Of a stretch of 64,000 bases of DNA, positions 41,743-53,245 are shown piece by piece. A program made the position numbers and the translations under genes. Position 1 is the first letter of the stretch. Every line of letters starts with the position of its first letter. Source of the stretch: Epithemia pelagica (lineage: Eukaryota; Protista; Bacillariophyta); the NCBI GenBank assembly GCA_946965045.2, contig OX337231.1, positions 3,348,001 to 3,412,000 of the forward strand. Reading direction: 5' to 3'. The notes under the pieces are model-generated. The model was not told the DNA's origin, did no database searches, and worked only from the letters and a program-made list of their open reading frames with translations.

Positions 41743-44700
41743 ATGAGAGCAATACGACATGCGATTGCGATACTTCATCTCTGTTCGATTTGTCACAGAG
41801 CACACTGCTTTGTTTCAACAATTGTCCATCCCAATCTTGTTTCTGTGTCCCAACAACCATCAAGACATTCTGGACGAATCATTGCCAATCAGGACCGACC
41901 AACATGTTTGTATGGCGAAAAGGAATTGGCAAATTCTCAACCATCCAATGAATTATCTAACAAAGAGAAACCAAAAGCGACTGTAGATGAGAGCAACATC
42001 AAGAGAATGGATGGATCCATCAGCAGTGACTCAAAAGAGGATACGTCTTCGTCCTCGTCCTCGTCCTCATCAAGGTCACTTATGCAAGGCGAGAACCTCG
42101 TAGAAACGACCAACCTTTTGTTAGATGAAGCGGACCAGGAGACAAGTTCATGGGGAGCAACGACCCGTCGTGCCTTTTTCTCGACGGCCTTGTTCACCAC
42201 TGGATTTGTGCTCGGAAAAGCCTCCGACAATATCTCCAAAATGTTTGAAGATCAATCCAATCGACAAAAACAACCCTTGCAGTATTCTCCCTCGTCCAAA
42301 CTGCAATGGGAAGTCACTCCCATTAATAAACGGACCGGCGTCACAGTCTTTGATGCCGAATCGGCCGGATACAATGTGCGATTTGTCACATACTTGAGTC
42401 GATTTCTCTTGTCCTTTGACGAAGATTGTCAACGCTGGTGGTTTAACAAGGCGAGGGAGATTCCCAATTTTGCCAAGGAAACCGAAATTTCCGAAACACG
42501 CAATTCACACTTTGCCGCCTTTGCGGCCTCGGTCGAAATTGGCTTGCAGGAATTCAAGGGAGAAGATGGACCACCGCGACTCTTACGATCCTTGGTCCAA
42601 CAATATGGCTCGGTGGATGGACAATCTATGGGAACCCCCTCCGATCCCTCCTTCCAGGAACTCGATTCCAAAGAAGCCAAACGACAAATTGCTCTCCTGT
42701 TTGCCCTCATGGAAGTCAATCAACCCGTCAATGAAATTACCAAGTTATTGGCTGCTATTGACAATGGAAGTTTGACCAATGGAGTCGAAATTGTCAATGG
42801 TGGCGGAGGCTATGCTCCTGGGTACGGGCCACCCCTCGTCACCTTTCCTCCCCCCGAAGCCATTGGGGAAGGATACGAACAAGCCACGGGACGTGCGACC
42901 TTGCAACCCAATGGAAGACTTTTGCGCATTGATATTGTCAATCGAGGCAAGGGATACAAAACGGCACCCACTGTGACCATTGGTCCTCCAGCGGCCATTC
43001 GGTTTGCCGAAAAAGACGATGTCCCCGTGGAAGCCGAACCGGCAACGGCCAAGGCGGTCGTCTTCCGATCCGGTCCCAACAAGGGACGGATTGATCGAAT
43101 TGAGGTGACAAGTCCGGGGGCCGGTTACAAAAAGACGGAAATTATCAAAGTGCGCATCACCCCGCCGGATGTCACGGCCGAGGGCGGGGGAGTGACAGCC
43201 ACTGCCACGGCTGTCTTGGAGTACGAAGTGGCCGCCATTGAAATGACCAACAATGGAACCGGCTATGCCGTGGAGAAACCCATTCCAGTAGAAGTGGAAC
43301 CTCCACCCATTACAGCCCGCGTCAACATGAATGATCCCTTGCTTGTCTCAAGAATTCTGACAGATGGAAGCACGGACTTGGATGCGCAACGACTGCAAGA
43401 GATTATGGGTTCCAAGGTGATGAATGCTGCCTCGAAAAAAATGTCGGGATGTTTGGGTCGTGCCTGCTACGATACTCCCGTCGAAGCAGTTGCCTATGCC
43501 CGGTCGGAACGAGTCGATTCCTATACGAGCAGTTACGAAAGTGGATCTGGAGTTCCCTTTGTCAGTGGGAGTGGGGATTATGGAACCTTGGACATTCCCA
43601 AGTTTGGTTTCTCTCGATCGACCAGTGCCTCCAAACAACTTTTATCCCTGATTCCCGGTGGAATTGGTCTGGTCTTTGATGAGGAGATTGGTCGATACGT
43701 GCTAGCCGTACAACCTGATGTCGAAGTGGGTGGTTTCTTTTTCCCAACTTCCAAGTCCTACCAAATGTTTGATCCCGACTTTGGACCACGGGGACGGTCT
43801 CCGATTGAACGGGACATGGTACTGAGCTTTGGGACATATTTGCGATTTGTGGCCGCTGGAGCCATGTGCTCTTCCATTGTTCATTTGGTCTTGACGCCAA
43901 TCGATGTTGTCAAAACAAGAGTTCAAACGGATCCGGAGAACTATCCAGATATGGTGACGACTGTCAATCGCGTCCTGGAAGAAGGTGGTATCGGTGGTTT
44001 CTTTCGAGGATGGGCACCTACGTTTGTAGGATTTTTCTGTTGGGGTGGTGTGGCCTATGCCATGACTGAGTATTTTCGACGAACGCTTCAAGTCATTGCG
44101 CTCCAATGGCTTGGTGTTTCGGCCAATGTGGAAGTACCCATCATTATCGCTGCTTCGGGGGTGGCCTCCATTTTTGGTTCGTTTGTCATTTGCCCCTTTG
44201 AGGCGGTTCGAATCCGTTCCGTCGCTCAACCCGATTATGGTCGCGACGTTTTAGCGGTGCTCAATCGCATGCTTCGCGAAGAAGGCGTCTGGGCACTCTT
44301 CTCGGCCGTACCGGTTTTCTTACTCAAAGAAATCCCGTTTGCCGTGGCCAAGTTTACAGTGTTTGATATCAGCACCGACTTTTTGTACGAGCAATTTCCG
44401 GCGGCGAGGGAAGAAGTCCAATTGTCGTTGTTGGTCAGCCTCATTGGGGGTACAATCGGGGGGATTGCTGCTGGTATTGTCAGCAACCCAGCGGATGCCA
44501 CCATTAGTGAGATGAAGAAAGCACAATCGGACATGGGGGCTGTGGAGGCGGCTTCACTTGTTTTGGAGAAAGGCGGCGTTGCTGGACTGTTCCGTGGTTT
44601 GCCGATTCGCCTCATCTTTTACTCTCTCATGATATCCATGCAATTTTTGGTTTACGATGCAGTGAGACTTGCACTGGGAGTTGGGTCGGACGACCTCAAG

Positions 44701-44745
44701 CTATATCTGGACGTGTTAGGCGGAGTACTGCGAGATGTCAAATAG
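41743..44745 (+). CDS. Mitochondrial carrier family (SLC25, phosphate-carrier-like) domain fused to a long N-terminal region; probable plastid targeting
   Basis: Three carrier signature repeats PIDVVKTR, PFEAVRIR, PADATIS in the C-terminal ~300 aa; N-terminal signal peptide ending AHC-FVS; RRAFF motif; four GxGY repeats. Confidence 0.85.
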   Translation: MRAIRHAIAILHLCSICHRAHCFVSTIVHPNLVSVSQQPSRHSGRIIANQDRPTCLYGEKELANSQPSNELSNKEKPKATVDESNIKRMDGSISSDSKEDTSSSSSSSSSRSLMQGENLVETTNLLLDEADQETSSWGATTRRAFFSTALFTTGFVLGKASDNISKMFEDQSNRQKQPLQYSPSSKLQWEVTPINKRTGVTVFDAESAGYNVRFVTYLSRFLLSFDEDCQRWWFNKAREIPNFAKETEISETRNSHFAAFAASVEIGLQEFKGEDGPPRLLRSLVQQYGSVDGQSMGTPSDPSFQELDSKEAKRQIALLFALMEVNQPVNEITKLLAAIDNGSLTNGVEIVNGGGGYAPGYGPPLVTFPPPEAIGEGYEQATGRATLQPNGRLLRIDIVNRGKGYKTAPTVTIGPPAAIRFAEKDDVPVEAEPATAKAVVFRSGPNKGRIDRIEVTSPGAGYKKTEIIKVRITPPDVTAEGGGVTATATAVLEYEVAAIEMTNNGTGYAVEKPIPVEVEPPPITARVNMNDPLLVSRILTDGSTDLDAQRLQEIMGSKVMNAASKKMSGCLGRACYDTPVEAVAYARSERVDSYTSSYESGSGVPFVSGSGDYGTLDIPKFGFSRSTSASKQLLSLIPGGIGLVFDEEIGRYVLAVQPDVEVGGFFFPTSKSYQMFDPDFGPRGRSPIERDMVLSFGTYLRFVAAGAMCSSIVHLVLTPIDVVKTRVQTDPENYPDMVTTVNRVLEEGGIGGFFRGWAPTFVGFFCWGGVAYAMTEYFRRTLQVIALQWLGVSANVEVPIIIAASGVASIFGSFVICPFEAVRIRSVAQPDYGRDVLAVLNRMLREEGVWALFSAVPVFLLKEIPFAVAKFTVFDISTDFLYEQFPAAREEVQLSLLVSLIGGTIGGIAAGIVSNPADATISEMKKAQSDMGAVEAASLVLEKGGVAGLFRGLPIRLIFYSLMISMQFLVYDAVRLALGVGSDDLKLYLDVLGGVLRDVK

Positions 44746-45075
44746 AGAGAGTATTCCAGGACGGGGTGTTACATGATTGTTCACAATGATGCCATTAGGA
44801 GCCTGGCCAGAAAAGGACTCCGAGAAAGTAAAGTTCCGGAATTCTCCTGGAAATGAGGACAAAACGAAGAACCACTCAATCGCTACACGAGTAACGACTT
44901 GTCAGTGTGAGATCACACCAGACTACAACGAAACCGGCGACGCCTTGGAGTCTCGTAAAAGCTACTGCCCAGGATGTGCCTTGCTATGATTCTTTCCACA
45001 GTTCCTCGATAATGGTAGTCTTGATGGAGTTTTCCCTTTTTATGATGACATTCTTATTATATTAACAAAACATTC

Positions 45076-45499
45076 TTAGTTCCAGTCACGGATGATCTTT
45101 CCTCGGGTCTTGCTAGTGTAGCGGACATTGGGGCAGTATGTGAACTTGCGGGTCAAGAAAGTGATCCAAACACAGTTTGCGAAAAAGACAATGCCCATGA
45201 TAGGGTAGGTCGAGATGTCGGACAACCAAAGTTTTCGGAAACTGGGTTGAGGAGGAATAAACTTGGGCATCGCGACGGTGGACATTGATCGTGCGGCAGC
45301 ACTGCAATAGAAAGAAGAAAAAGCAATGGAACGTGTGAGATCCGTATCACATCAAAGGCAAAGTCGCCCAAATCTCCCCTGACGCGACGACGCGGTAATT
45401 CGTCGTGTTCCATATCTGAACACGGACTTCGCTGATTTTGTCGGTCCAGATCACCTACCGTTGGAGTCCATTGGCAGCAGAGCGAGTCAAAGCATTCAT
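45076..45499 (-). CDS. NDUFA4/B12D-like small mitochondrial membrane protein, two exons
   Basis: Exon 1 45499-45459 (MNALTRSAANGLQR), GT-AG intron 45458-45302, exon 2 45301-45076; WLSDISTYPIM, single TM, PNVR..KTRG..IRDW. Confidence 0.75.
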
Positions 45500-46660
45500 A
45501 TTGGAAATAGAGTGTTCTGTTGTAAAAGAAAAGCTTGTTCAATTGCTTTATCAATGAAAATTATGTGTCTGGCGAAGTGCCAGTGGCTTTCCATGGAACG
45601 CAAACGCAAACTGTTGATCTTGACTGTTAGGAATTCATTTTCTGCTGACGTGGGAGGGGGAAAAAGCAACGCATGCATGCCATGTGTACCCAAGGACATT
45701 GAAAAATATGGCCCACGTCAACAGACGTCAGCCGTTTATGGAAGGCGAATTATTTCCGAGCGGTAAGAGAACCTTTAGAGGCCACATAACTCATAACATA
45801 AGATCTTGCAGATTATCGTCCTGACCGATGAGGCGTTTTCTTTGCTCACATTTTTCATGTCCTCTGTTTCACGTCACACCAATGGGACGACAGGACAAGA
45901 GAAGACACACGTATCCTTTGTCCACATGCCCCTGTCATGCTTTCACCTCTATTCTAATGACGTGAAAGTGAAAGCCGGAGGTCATTGTCATGTTCCACCT
46001 TCGAGATTCTTCACGTGTTGTTTTCTACATGGAACTGTGAACTGTGCCTTCTCCGAGTTTCTTATTACCTTAGTGAGATAAGACATTCGATCAATTGGGG
46101 AGTCTGAGCCACTGTTCGCCTCACACACAGCATCGTCCCGAATGCAGAAGACAGAAGACACCACCTATGGTATATACGTAGGCTTCTTTACGTGGAACAC
46201 GAAAAAGCATTGCGACCAGTTTACTTGCTCCATTTGGATGAATGCAACGAAAGCCAGTCATTATTTTTGTTTTCAGACTTGGTACCGTCTAAATCACGAA
46301 AAGAAGAGCTGGAAGCAAATATGGTCACAAACATTGCTCTTTTGGAAACACGTTCGTCTCCTTTCCCTTTTCACATTTTAGACCGAGAGATCGTCCTGTC
46401 CTAAACTTCTACAGCAACGAGTATGATAGATACACCGAAACTTCTAGAGAAGAATAGGATATGCCACATGCCATCCTCTACTTGGAGTATGCTGTACTCC
46501 AGCTAGAGAGATCCCACCTACCTCTAGCTAGATGTAGGTAGGTAGCCTTAGGTAGGTAGTACTCCTAGGTAGTAATGCTGTGCGTTGTTTTGTGCGACTG
46601 GAGACGGCGGAGGTCGTCCCTCCACGACACCATTTCTAATACAGTGTTGTTGTTTCGACC

Positions 46661-47365
46661 ATGATCACGGCTCCCTGGTTGTGGATAGGAGGATTTCTAG
46701 CTTCCGCTGTGGTCACCCACCATGTTTTGAAGCCTCGACTCCCAGTGTACGTCATCCAACCAACCCTTGGGCTTCCAAGATTGAAGTGGGATGATGAAAA
46801 CATCATGTTGGGAGTGCCACTATCTATAAGCATGCACAACGACAATTACATGGAGATTGATATTTACAGCTTGGCGTTTGACCTCTTCTACATGGACGGT
46901 GATGGGGATCTTCTTCATTTGACGGATATTAAGGACCATGGACAGGTGGAAGAGCAAAACGTCAACAACTCGTCAAAACCTATGCTCTGGCAAATTCCAA
47001 GCCGTTCCAACTTTACAATAAACGATGTTCTGTACCTTAACTTGGAACCAACACTGGTGACGAATCTTCTGTGGAACTCAAGATTCTATTCAAGCCTTTG
47101 GCATGGATCAGGGGCGTTTTGGTTGCCAACAACGGGTGTGGCGCATGTGAAAGCAAAGAAGAATTTGAAGAATGGCATACCTGCCACAATATCCATTATA
47201 TGCGACAATCTCGTCGATAATTTGGTTGTCCAAGGCTTGTCTTGTGTCCTACACGATGCGCAAGCCGGATGGGGTAACCTGGAAAAGATGGCTCAATCAC
47301 TCAGGGTACATGCCATTGCCGAACTAAAAGCAAATGAAATAGGCGTCATACTCGAGACGCCTTAG
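46661..47365 (+). CDS. LEA_2/LEA14-like membrane-anchored protein, 234 aa
   Basis: N-terminal hydrophobic anchor, then ISMHNDNYMEIDIYSLAFDLFY, resembling the LEA_2 'v.NpN...i.....i.y' pattern. Confidence 0.55.
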   Translation: MITAPWLWIGGFLASAVVTHHVLKPRLPVYVIQPTLGLPRLKWDDENIMLGVPLSISMHNDNYMEIDIYSLAFDLFYMDGDGDLLHLTDIKDHGQVEEQNVNNSSKPMLWQIPSRSNFTINDVLYLNLEPTLVTNLLWNSRFYSSLWHGSGAFWLPTTGVAHVKAKKNLKNGIPATISIICDNLVDNLVVQGLSCVLHDAQAGWGNLEKMAQSLRVHAIAELKANEIGVILETP

Positions 47366-47433
47366 CAATCATAGACCAACATAGCACTTATATAACTCAT
47401 TCTCTGAAGATGGCGACGACAATGCCAACTTCT

Positions 47434-48460
47434 TTATAGTCCAGCGTCACGTTTCAGCTTCTCCAGTTCATCATCGACTTTCGTGCCTCCAGACGAAGCA
47501 GCGCCAGTAGAAGACGATGAGGAAGATTTGCGGGCTGAAGGATCAGCATCCCCAGACAATAGACCCTTCAGCTTCTGCAATTCGCTATCTACGGATGACG
47601 AAGCCTCCAATGCTTTGAACTGTGCCTCAACAGATGATTCAGCAGATCCAGGCAAGGCATTGCCACCGATAGAGCCCATTTCTGCCGACACTTCTGCAGC
47701 AGCTTCCAGCGCTTCTACTTTTTCTTCCATTCGAGCGAAAGCATCCATTGACGTTTTGCCTGTAATACCACCAAGCATATCATTCACTTGTTGTGTAGAT
47801 TGAGCAGTTCTGGCACGGGCAACGAATTGATCTTTCTTTGCCTTTGCCTCTAAAATCTTCTTCTCCAACGCTTGCATTCCCTCATACAGTTTATCGATGG
47901 AATCAGCTTGAGCATCAACTTGTTGCTGCAAACTTTCAGCCTCCTCAGTATGGGCCTGTCTGCGAGAAAGCGCCTCTCTTGCCAGTTCTTCGGCCCCTTT
48001 CTGAAGGGCTAGTTGGGCGCGTTTGTACCAATCATCCGCCATTGCTTCAGCTTGCTCTTTTTGTTTCAAAAGCCTTCGCTGCGTTGCCGTCACTTCAGCG
48101 TACGACTGGCGAACCTTTACGAGATCTTTCTGGAGAACGCAACCATTTGTTTAGGCTGTACCTTAGCAAATGTTGCAAAAAAGCATTAACTCCACGTACC
48201 TGCATATCTTCCACAGCCTGGTTCATAATTTTCTCTGGATCTTCCAATTTCTGCAAGATGCTGTTCAGGTTGGACTTTGCAACTCTGGAGAAGCGGTCAA
48301 ACAGGTTCATTGAAAGAGCAGTCGTCGAATCAGCGGCAACCGGGGAGTTGGATACGATGGATCGACCCAGGAAAGCTGTTCTATGGCTCACGGGGGCGAA
48401 TGCCACTGACAGTCCAACGACCAGAGCGATCGCAAGCGATCTTTCGATAACATATACCAT
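47434..48460 (-). CDS. VIPP1: Plastid VIPP1/IM30 (PspA family), two exons
   Basis: Exon 1 48460-48200, intron 48199-48130, exon 2 48129-47434; bipartite presequence SVA-FAP; MNLFDRFSRVAKSNLN..LEDPEKIMNQAVEDMQ; ELAREAL; AFARMEEKV; C-terminal VDDELEKLK extension. Confidence 0.95.
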
Positions 48461-48762
48461 GGTACTTTATATTTGTGGCAATTATTTCTGGAACACAAGA
48501 AGATCTTCGACGGCTGATAAGACTAACTCAGGCCAGAGTGAATGCACACAGCAAGAAAAGAGCACGTTTGATGCCGTCGTCACTCGTCACTGCAACTTCA
48601 GCGCGTGACCCAAAAGCGACCACATCTACTATCACGTAGGCATCAGTAGGTAGTTCGTTCGGAGCAGCCTTTAGTTTAGAGTTGGTAAGAGTATGTAGGA
48701 GTAGGAGAGGAGAGGAAGCTGAAAAGGAGTTCCTTACGGATAGAGACTTGAAGTTGTTATGC

Positions 48763-50067
48763 TTATGACGCGGGTCGAAATTTCTTTAGTTGCATCTTGG
48801 AAGATTGTTTACAGGAGTGATGCTTTGTACATTGTCCCAAAAGAGCATCATCCACGATAGCAGGTAGATCACTCAATAGGTTGGACCGAGCAACCACAAG
48901 GTTGTCCGTGCTCACACCATACCTAGAAGGTAGCTCGCGCCACAATTTCTCGTGAAAACTCACAAACCGGTGGGAGATTTGTTCACGACCATCTCTAGCT
49001 TTGTTCGGCAATACACCAGACATTCCAGCCGATGTGGGTGTCCGTGCTCTTAAAACACAAGTTTGTGGAGTTGGAGCGATCCGTTGCAAACACTTGTCAT
49101 GTCGATTTGGCATCTGGCAAGGTGGTATCGTTTTTGAGAGCTTGTGATGTTTTTGAGTTGGGAGATCGTTTTTTGTCGCGTTGACTTCGTACAAATATGT
49201 CAAACCAGGAGTCACACAAGCATGGCTATGAGTACAGATGAGCAACCCATCCTTCGAGTGCCCATCAAATGGGCTATATAATTGCCATTCAAGCGAATCA
49301 AAAGAGCAAAATGTGATCCATGATATCTGGTTTGCCTGCGACGATAGCATGGGTGCGACTCGGGCCTGTAGAGACGCAAGGAAGCCTGATGACAGCGCAT
49401 CGTCTGCATCCAAGCGGGTCTCTAGCCGGGGCTTTTGTAAGGAAGCTTCATGATACGACATGATGAGATCATAGCTTCCTGCGAGAACGGATTCCCTTGT
49501 TACATCCTTGATTCCATGACGAATATCGTCGTCGTTTTGATTGGAAGCGATGAGAACAGCATTTGGAAGTTTGAGCACTTCATTGCAAAGATCGCGAAGC
49601 AAACTCCCATCAAGATTTGGATCCGTTCGAATTATCCAGAGGAATTCAGAAGTTGTCTGATGCATCATACTGGGAAGTGTGATTGTGCGAAAGAGGTCCA
49701 ATCTCGCTCTCCCCAGGTGGATGAGATGTGGTTGCAGTTGCATGAAGCGAGTATGAACAGTATGGACAACATCGAACTGATTTCTCCACATGCGCTGAGC
49801 GAATGTGTGGTCTTCCCAGTCATGCCTCTCTGTGCCTTCCGTTTTGGTTCGTGACAACGCTTTTGTTGCGTTACGAGGAATCGTCCTGCCCACACCGTCC
49901 CTCAGCAATCCTCGATTTTGGTTTCCATCAACTATTCCGTCAAGCACCCAGATTCCTAGAACCAACCAGTAAAGAGCTAGAAGAATGGACCAAACTCCCG
50001 CCAGAGGATTCCATGTCATCAAACTAGTGCGACGCAGAGAGGAAGATCTTGAACTCATATGTTTCAT
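48763..50067 (-). CDS. Type II membrane putative glycosyltransferase (rhamnosyltransferase-like, GT-A fold)
   Basis: N-terminal TM; TLPSMMHQT..FLWIIRTDPNL; ETRLDADDAL DxD-like motif. Start uncertain. Confidence 0.6.
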   Translation of the reverse strand: MKHMSSRSSSLRRTSLMTWNPLAGVWSILLALYWLVLGIWVLDGIVDGNQNRGLLRDGVGRTIPRNATKALSRTKTEGTERHDWEDHTFAQRMWRNQFDVVHTVHTRFMQLQPHLIHLGRARLDLFRTITLPSMMHQTTSEFLWIIRTDPNLDGSLLRDLCNEVLKLPNAVLIASNQNDDDIRHGIKDVTRESVLAGSYDLIMSYHEASLQKPRLETRLDADDALSSGFLASLQARVAPMLSSQANQISWITFCSFDSLEWQLYSPFDGHSKDGLLICTHSHACVTPGLTYLYEVNATKNDLPTQKHHKLSKTIPPCQMPNRHDKCLQRIAPTPQTCVLRARTPTSAGMSGVLPNKARDGREQISHRFVSFHEKLWRELPSRYGVSTDNLVVARSNLLSDLPAIVDDALLGQCTKHHSCKQSSKMQLKKFRPAS

Positions 50068-50447
50068 GGCGATGCAAAAGAGGATATAATAAAAAATATG
50101 ACACGACAATATGTCGTGCTCGTTTGCGACACAACCAAGGTAGTGTCGAAAGTTGAGATCCACACGAAAGGAAGCGAATTTTCATTTCTTTTGTTGATTG
50201 AATGAGACTGAATCCGTCGCCTTCACTCATTTTTCTCCCCATTCCCCGAGTTGGGTTTCGTGGGAAGTGGGAAGTGTGCTGATCAAATGGAAGCTCGGCT
50301 GGCGCGAAAGAAACGGCAGTCCGAAGCCATCACACATTCTTTGTGCGACCAAATAATGATGGATCTTTTCGTTGTTGTCTCGCCACCACAGCAAGCTTAT
50401 TGATCCAGGTGATCTCGACAGGCCTGCCGCTTTGTTACTGGCATCCA

Positions 50448-52136
50448 ATGACATCAACGGGAACCAAGGTGGTGGGAAGCTTCGGCCGTTTGTGGGGCCG
50501 AGGGTACGAATGTTTGAGTCCGAACCTTAGACGGATTTTGTCCGTGTCGGGCTCTGGGGCCACAACATACTTGCAGGGTTTGGTGACTTCGGATCTCAAA
50601 TCACCCCCTACGGCTCCAACACCGGAACCAATCGGCTTGGCAGAACCAGGAATACCGAAGCGTTTCCAGTCGACATCTGACCTGAAAGAATCAGATTATG
50701 GAAGTGTAACCTTTGATGAAAAACTTCGGGCGACTTGTTTCCTCGACGCCAAAGGGAGGATTGTTACAGACTCGCTGCTTTGGAAAATCAATGAGGAACA
50801 ATACTACATTGATGTTCCAACGTCTGCTGCGGACATCTTATTGGATCATTTGAGGCAATATAAGTTAAGACGAACCAAAGTTGTTATTGAGGACAAGACT
50901 GATCGGATGAAGTCGCACGTCATATTTGGATCTCTCAACGCAGAAGAGCCCCCTCCACCGCAAGGACTTGTTGCCAGAATGGATCCGCGTCACCCGAGTT
51001 TAGGGATGCGCCTGCTAGAAAATTCGGAGGAAACTCAACCTGGCTTTGATTTCTCTGCAATGATGAAGAAGGCGTTCACGAACATGGATGGTAACTACGA
51101 GTTGGTCCGCCGTCTTGCAGGTGTGGCAGAGGGTGCGGAAATCACGGGACAAGTTGCCTTGCAAACCAATCAAGAATTTATGAATGCTGTTAGCTTTGAC
51201 AAAGGTTGCTATCTCGGACAAGAACTTACAGCGCGAGTGCAGCATACGGGTGCCATCCGAAAACGCGTTGTACCACTTCTGCTGCTAGACAAAACGTACG
51301 AAATCCCGAAACAGTGGAAAGTAGCCTCCGACTTCCAACGAGGTCGGTCCATTAACCGATACACAGAGAAGCAGCTTAGAAGGTTGCCCAGTCGTCAGCC
51401 CAGGCTATCGGTATCTACTGCAGGACACTTTGTTATGCTTGCGACCGGCAGTATGCTCGATCCGGATCAAGTAAAGGGCTCCAACGCAGAGAAGGAATAT
51501 GAAACAGCAGAACAGCTGATAGATGTCTTAGACGAACTCGCAGTTCATGGAGCCAAGATCATCGATACAGCAGATGATCAGACGATTGGGAAAATTTTGA
51601 GCCCACCTGTCCCAGGATCCAACATTGTGAATGCTCTGTGTCGACTAGACAGCATTGCGCTAATGGGAAACAACATGTGGAACCACCACAACAAGGTCCG
51701 GATTGGTGATTCTGACGTTATTTTTCGTTATCTACCATTCGTGCCATTGTGGTGGCCACGCCTTGACCCAGAGACAGGTAAAGCGGAAGAGGCTCATGAA
51801 GATGACGACGAAGAGATCCCCGGTGAAGAGCTCCCAAATCCCAATATTTGGGAGCTTCCAGACGATGCTTATTCAAAAATGGTGGAGAACGGAGACATAT
51901 CAATTGAACAGGAGGAGATAATGGATGACGAGGAAAACGACCCTGATAAGCCAACTATTGGGTTGATGACGGCGCTTGGAAGCGTCGGCAAGAAAGCTTC
52001 ACAGGAAGAACTAAAGGAACAGAGAAAAGAGGAACTTGAGAGCATAAAAGCGGGAAAGCGGACAACTCCGCATACAGAAAAGGACGATTGGTTTAAGCCG
52101 GAAGAGAAATCAGACGACAATCACGAAAAGGCATGA
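50448..52136 (+). CDS. IBA57: IBA57/CAF17/YgfZ folate-binding Fe-S cluster assembly factor
   Basis: VSGSGATTYLQGLVTSD, FLDAKGRI, signature FDKGCYLGQELTAR. 5' end uncertain. Confidence 0.9.
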   Translation: MTSTGTKVVGSFGRLWGRGYECLSPNLRRILSVSGSGATTYLQGLVTSDLKSPPTAPTPEPIGLAEPGIPKRFQSTSDLKESDYGSVTFDEKLRATCFLDAKGRIVTDSLLWKINEEQYYIDVPTSAADILLDHLRQYKLRRTKVVIEDKTDRMKSHVIFGSLNAEEPPPPQGLVARMDPRHPSLGMRLLENSEETQPGFDFSAMMKKAFTNMDGNYELVRRLAGVAEGAEITGQVALQTNQEFMNAVSFDKGCYLGQELTARVQHTGAIRKRVVPLLLLDKTYEIPKQWKVASDFQRGRSINRYTEKQLRRLPSRQPRLSVSTAGHFVMLATGSMLDPDQVKGSNAEKEYETAEQLIDVLDELAVHGAKIIDTADDQTIGKILSPPVPGSNIVNALCRLDSIALMGNNMWNHHNKVRIGDSDVIFRYLPFVPLWWPRLDPETGKAEEAHEDDDEEIPGEELPNPNIWELPDDAYSKMVENGDISIEQEEIMDDEENDPDKPTIGLMTALGSVGKKASQEELKEQRKEELESIKAGKRTTPHTEKDDWFKPEEKSDDNHEKA

Positions 52137-52417
52137 AAAACTGATTCAAAGATTAGCAGGGTAGCTGCCACCCAACAAGCATTGCAGATAATTGGGAATC
52201 TACTCTCTAGAGATGTTCATTAAGATCCTAGCCCCATCGACTTCATCTCGACCACGTGATTTAAATCACCATATCATGATCCAGAAATAAAACGACCTGC
52301 GACTACACTGTGACATTAGTGCCTGGTCGACCAATGGAACTGATCCTGGACCTCTAGAGGTCGATCTATCTAGTGGGTATTGTTTGAGATCTAGAGGAGC
52401 AAGGGCTTGACAGTTTT

Positions 52418-53245
52418 CTAATCCTCAAACAATGGGTGAATAGGGAATCCCGGTTCAAATCCTAGCTTGAGATAGATTCGGTTGGTCGATCTAGGATTTG
52501 GGCACACCCAGAACTGAAGATCAAACCTATTTGCATCAGGGTGGTAATAAAAGCTTGAACTTGGTGTTGTCATCCCAAACCAGCTGGTCGCAAAAGCCAC
52601 AAACTGGCTTGAAACCATGTCATGATTTGATGGTAGTGTGATCCAGTCTTCAATATGATGCCGATCCATGAGCGCTCCTGTTACACCAGAGCGATAGAGA
52701 AAACCATCATTGGGAATGTGAAAGTGAACAAACTTGTCAACACGACCTCCTCGAGCGTGACGAACTTCTTTTGTCTCAATCGTGGCCTGGAAAAGAAGAT
52801 TGTCGTGGAAGAATCCTGGCGTTGCCTTCGCAATGACTCCGTACGCATCAGCTGGTCCAGCACCTTGAACCCAATCGTAGGTGGGGATTTGGGTTTGGGG
52901 GGAAGCAACGAGTGACTGGAAGACTGTGTAGAGGTAACCAGCGCTCATTCTTGGACGTAGCTCCTCGTCGATGGTGGACGGCTCATTGGGTTCGTGAAGT
53001 GGTGCCATACAGTGGTAGGCAATCCCATGTTAGCGATACCCATAAAGGAACTCAGCATGCGGTCTTCGGGGGGATAGTCGTCGATAGAACCTCTTGAAAC
53101 GCTCGTAGGCTTCAACCTGCTGTTGTAGTTGCGCTTCGTCTGGAACGAAGGGATTGGCTGACGCATTCAGAAATCTTGTCCCTTGTTCAGGATCTCCTTG
53201 TTTCTCCTCCTCTCCTTCGTTCTCCTCTTCATTTGGATTAGACAT
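52418..53245 (-). pseudogene. Unknown ~275-codon reading frame interrupted by one in-frame TAA
   Basis: Track ORFs 53030-53245 and 52418-53008 are in the same frame, separated only by TAA (53032-53030) plus seven sense codons; N-terminal FLNASANPFVP is PAM2-like. Confidence 0.45.

Noticed and set aside
45584-46404. Possible small spliced gene (GT/AG sites, protein-like 46192-46404 frame)
   Set aside because: Could not assemble exons into a consistent stop-free frame by hand.
52445-52470. GGTTCAAATCC tRNA T-loop/B-box-like motif
   Set aside because: The flanking T-stem does not pair, no cloverleaf can be built, and it lies antisense within an ORF.
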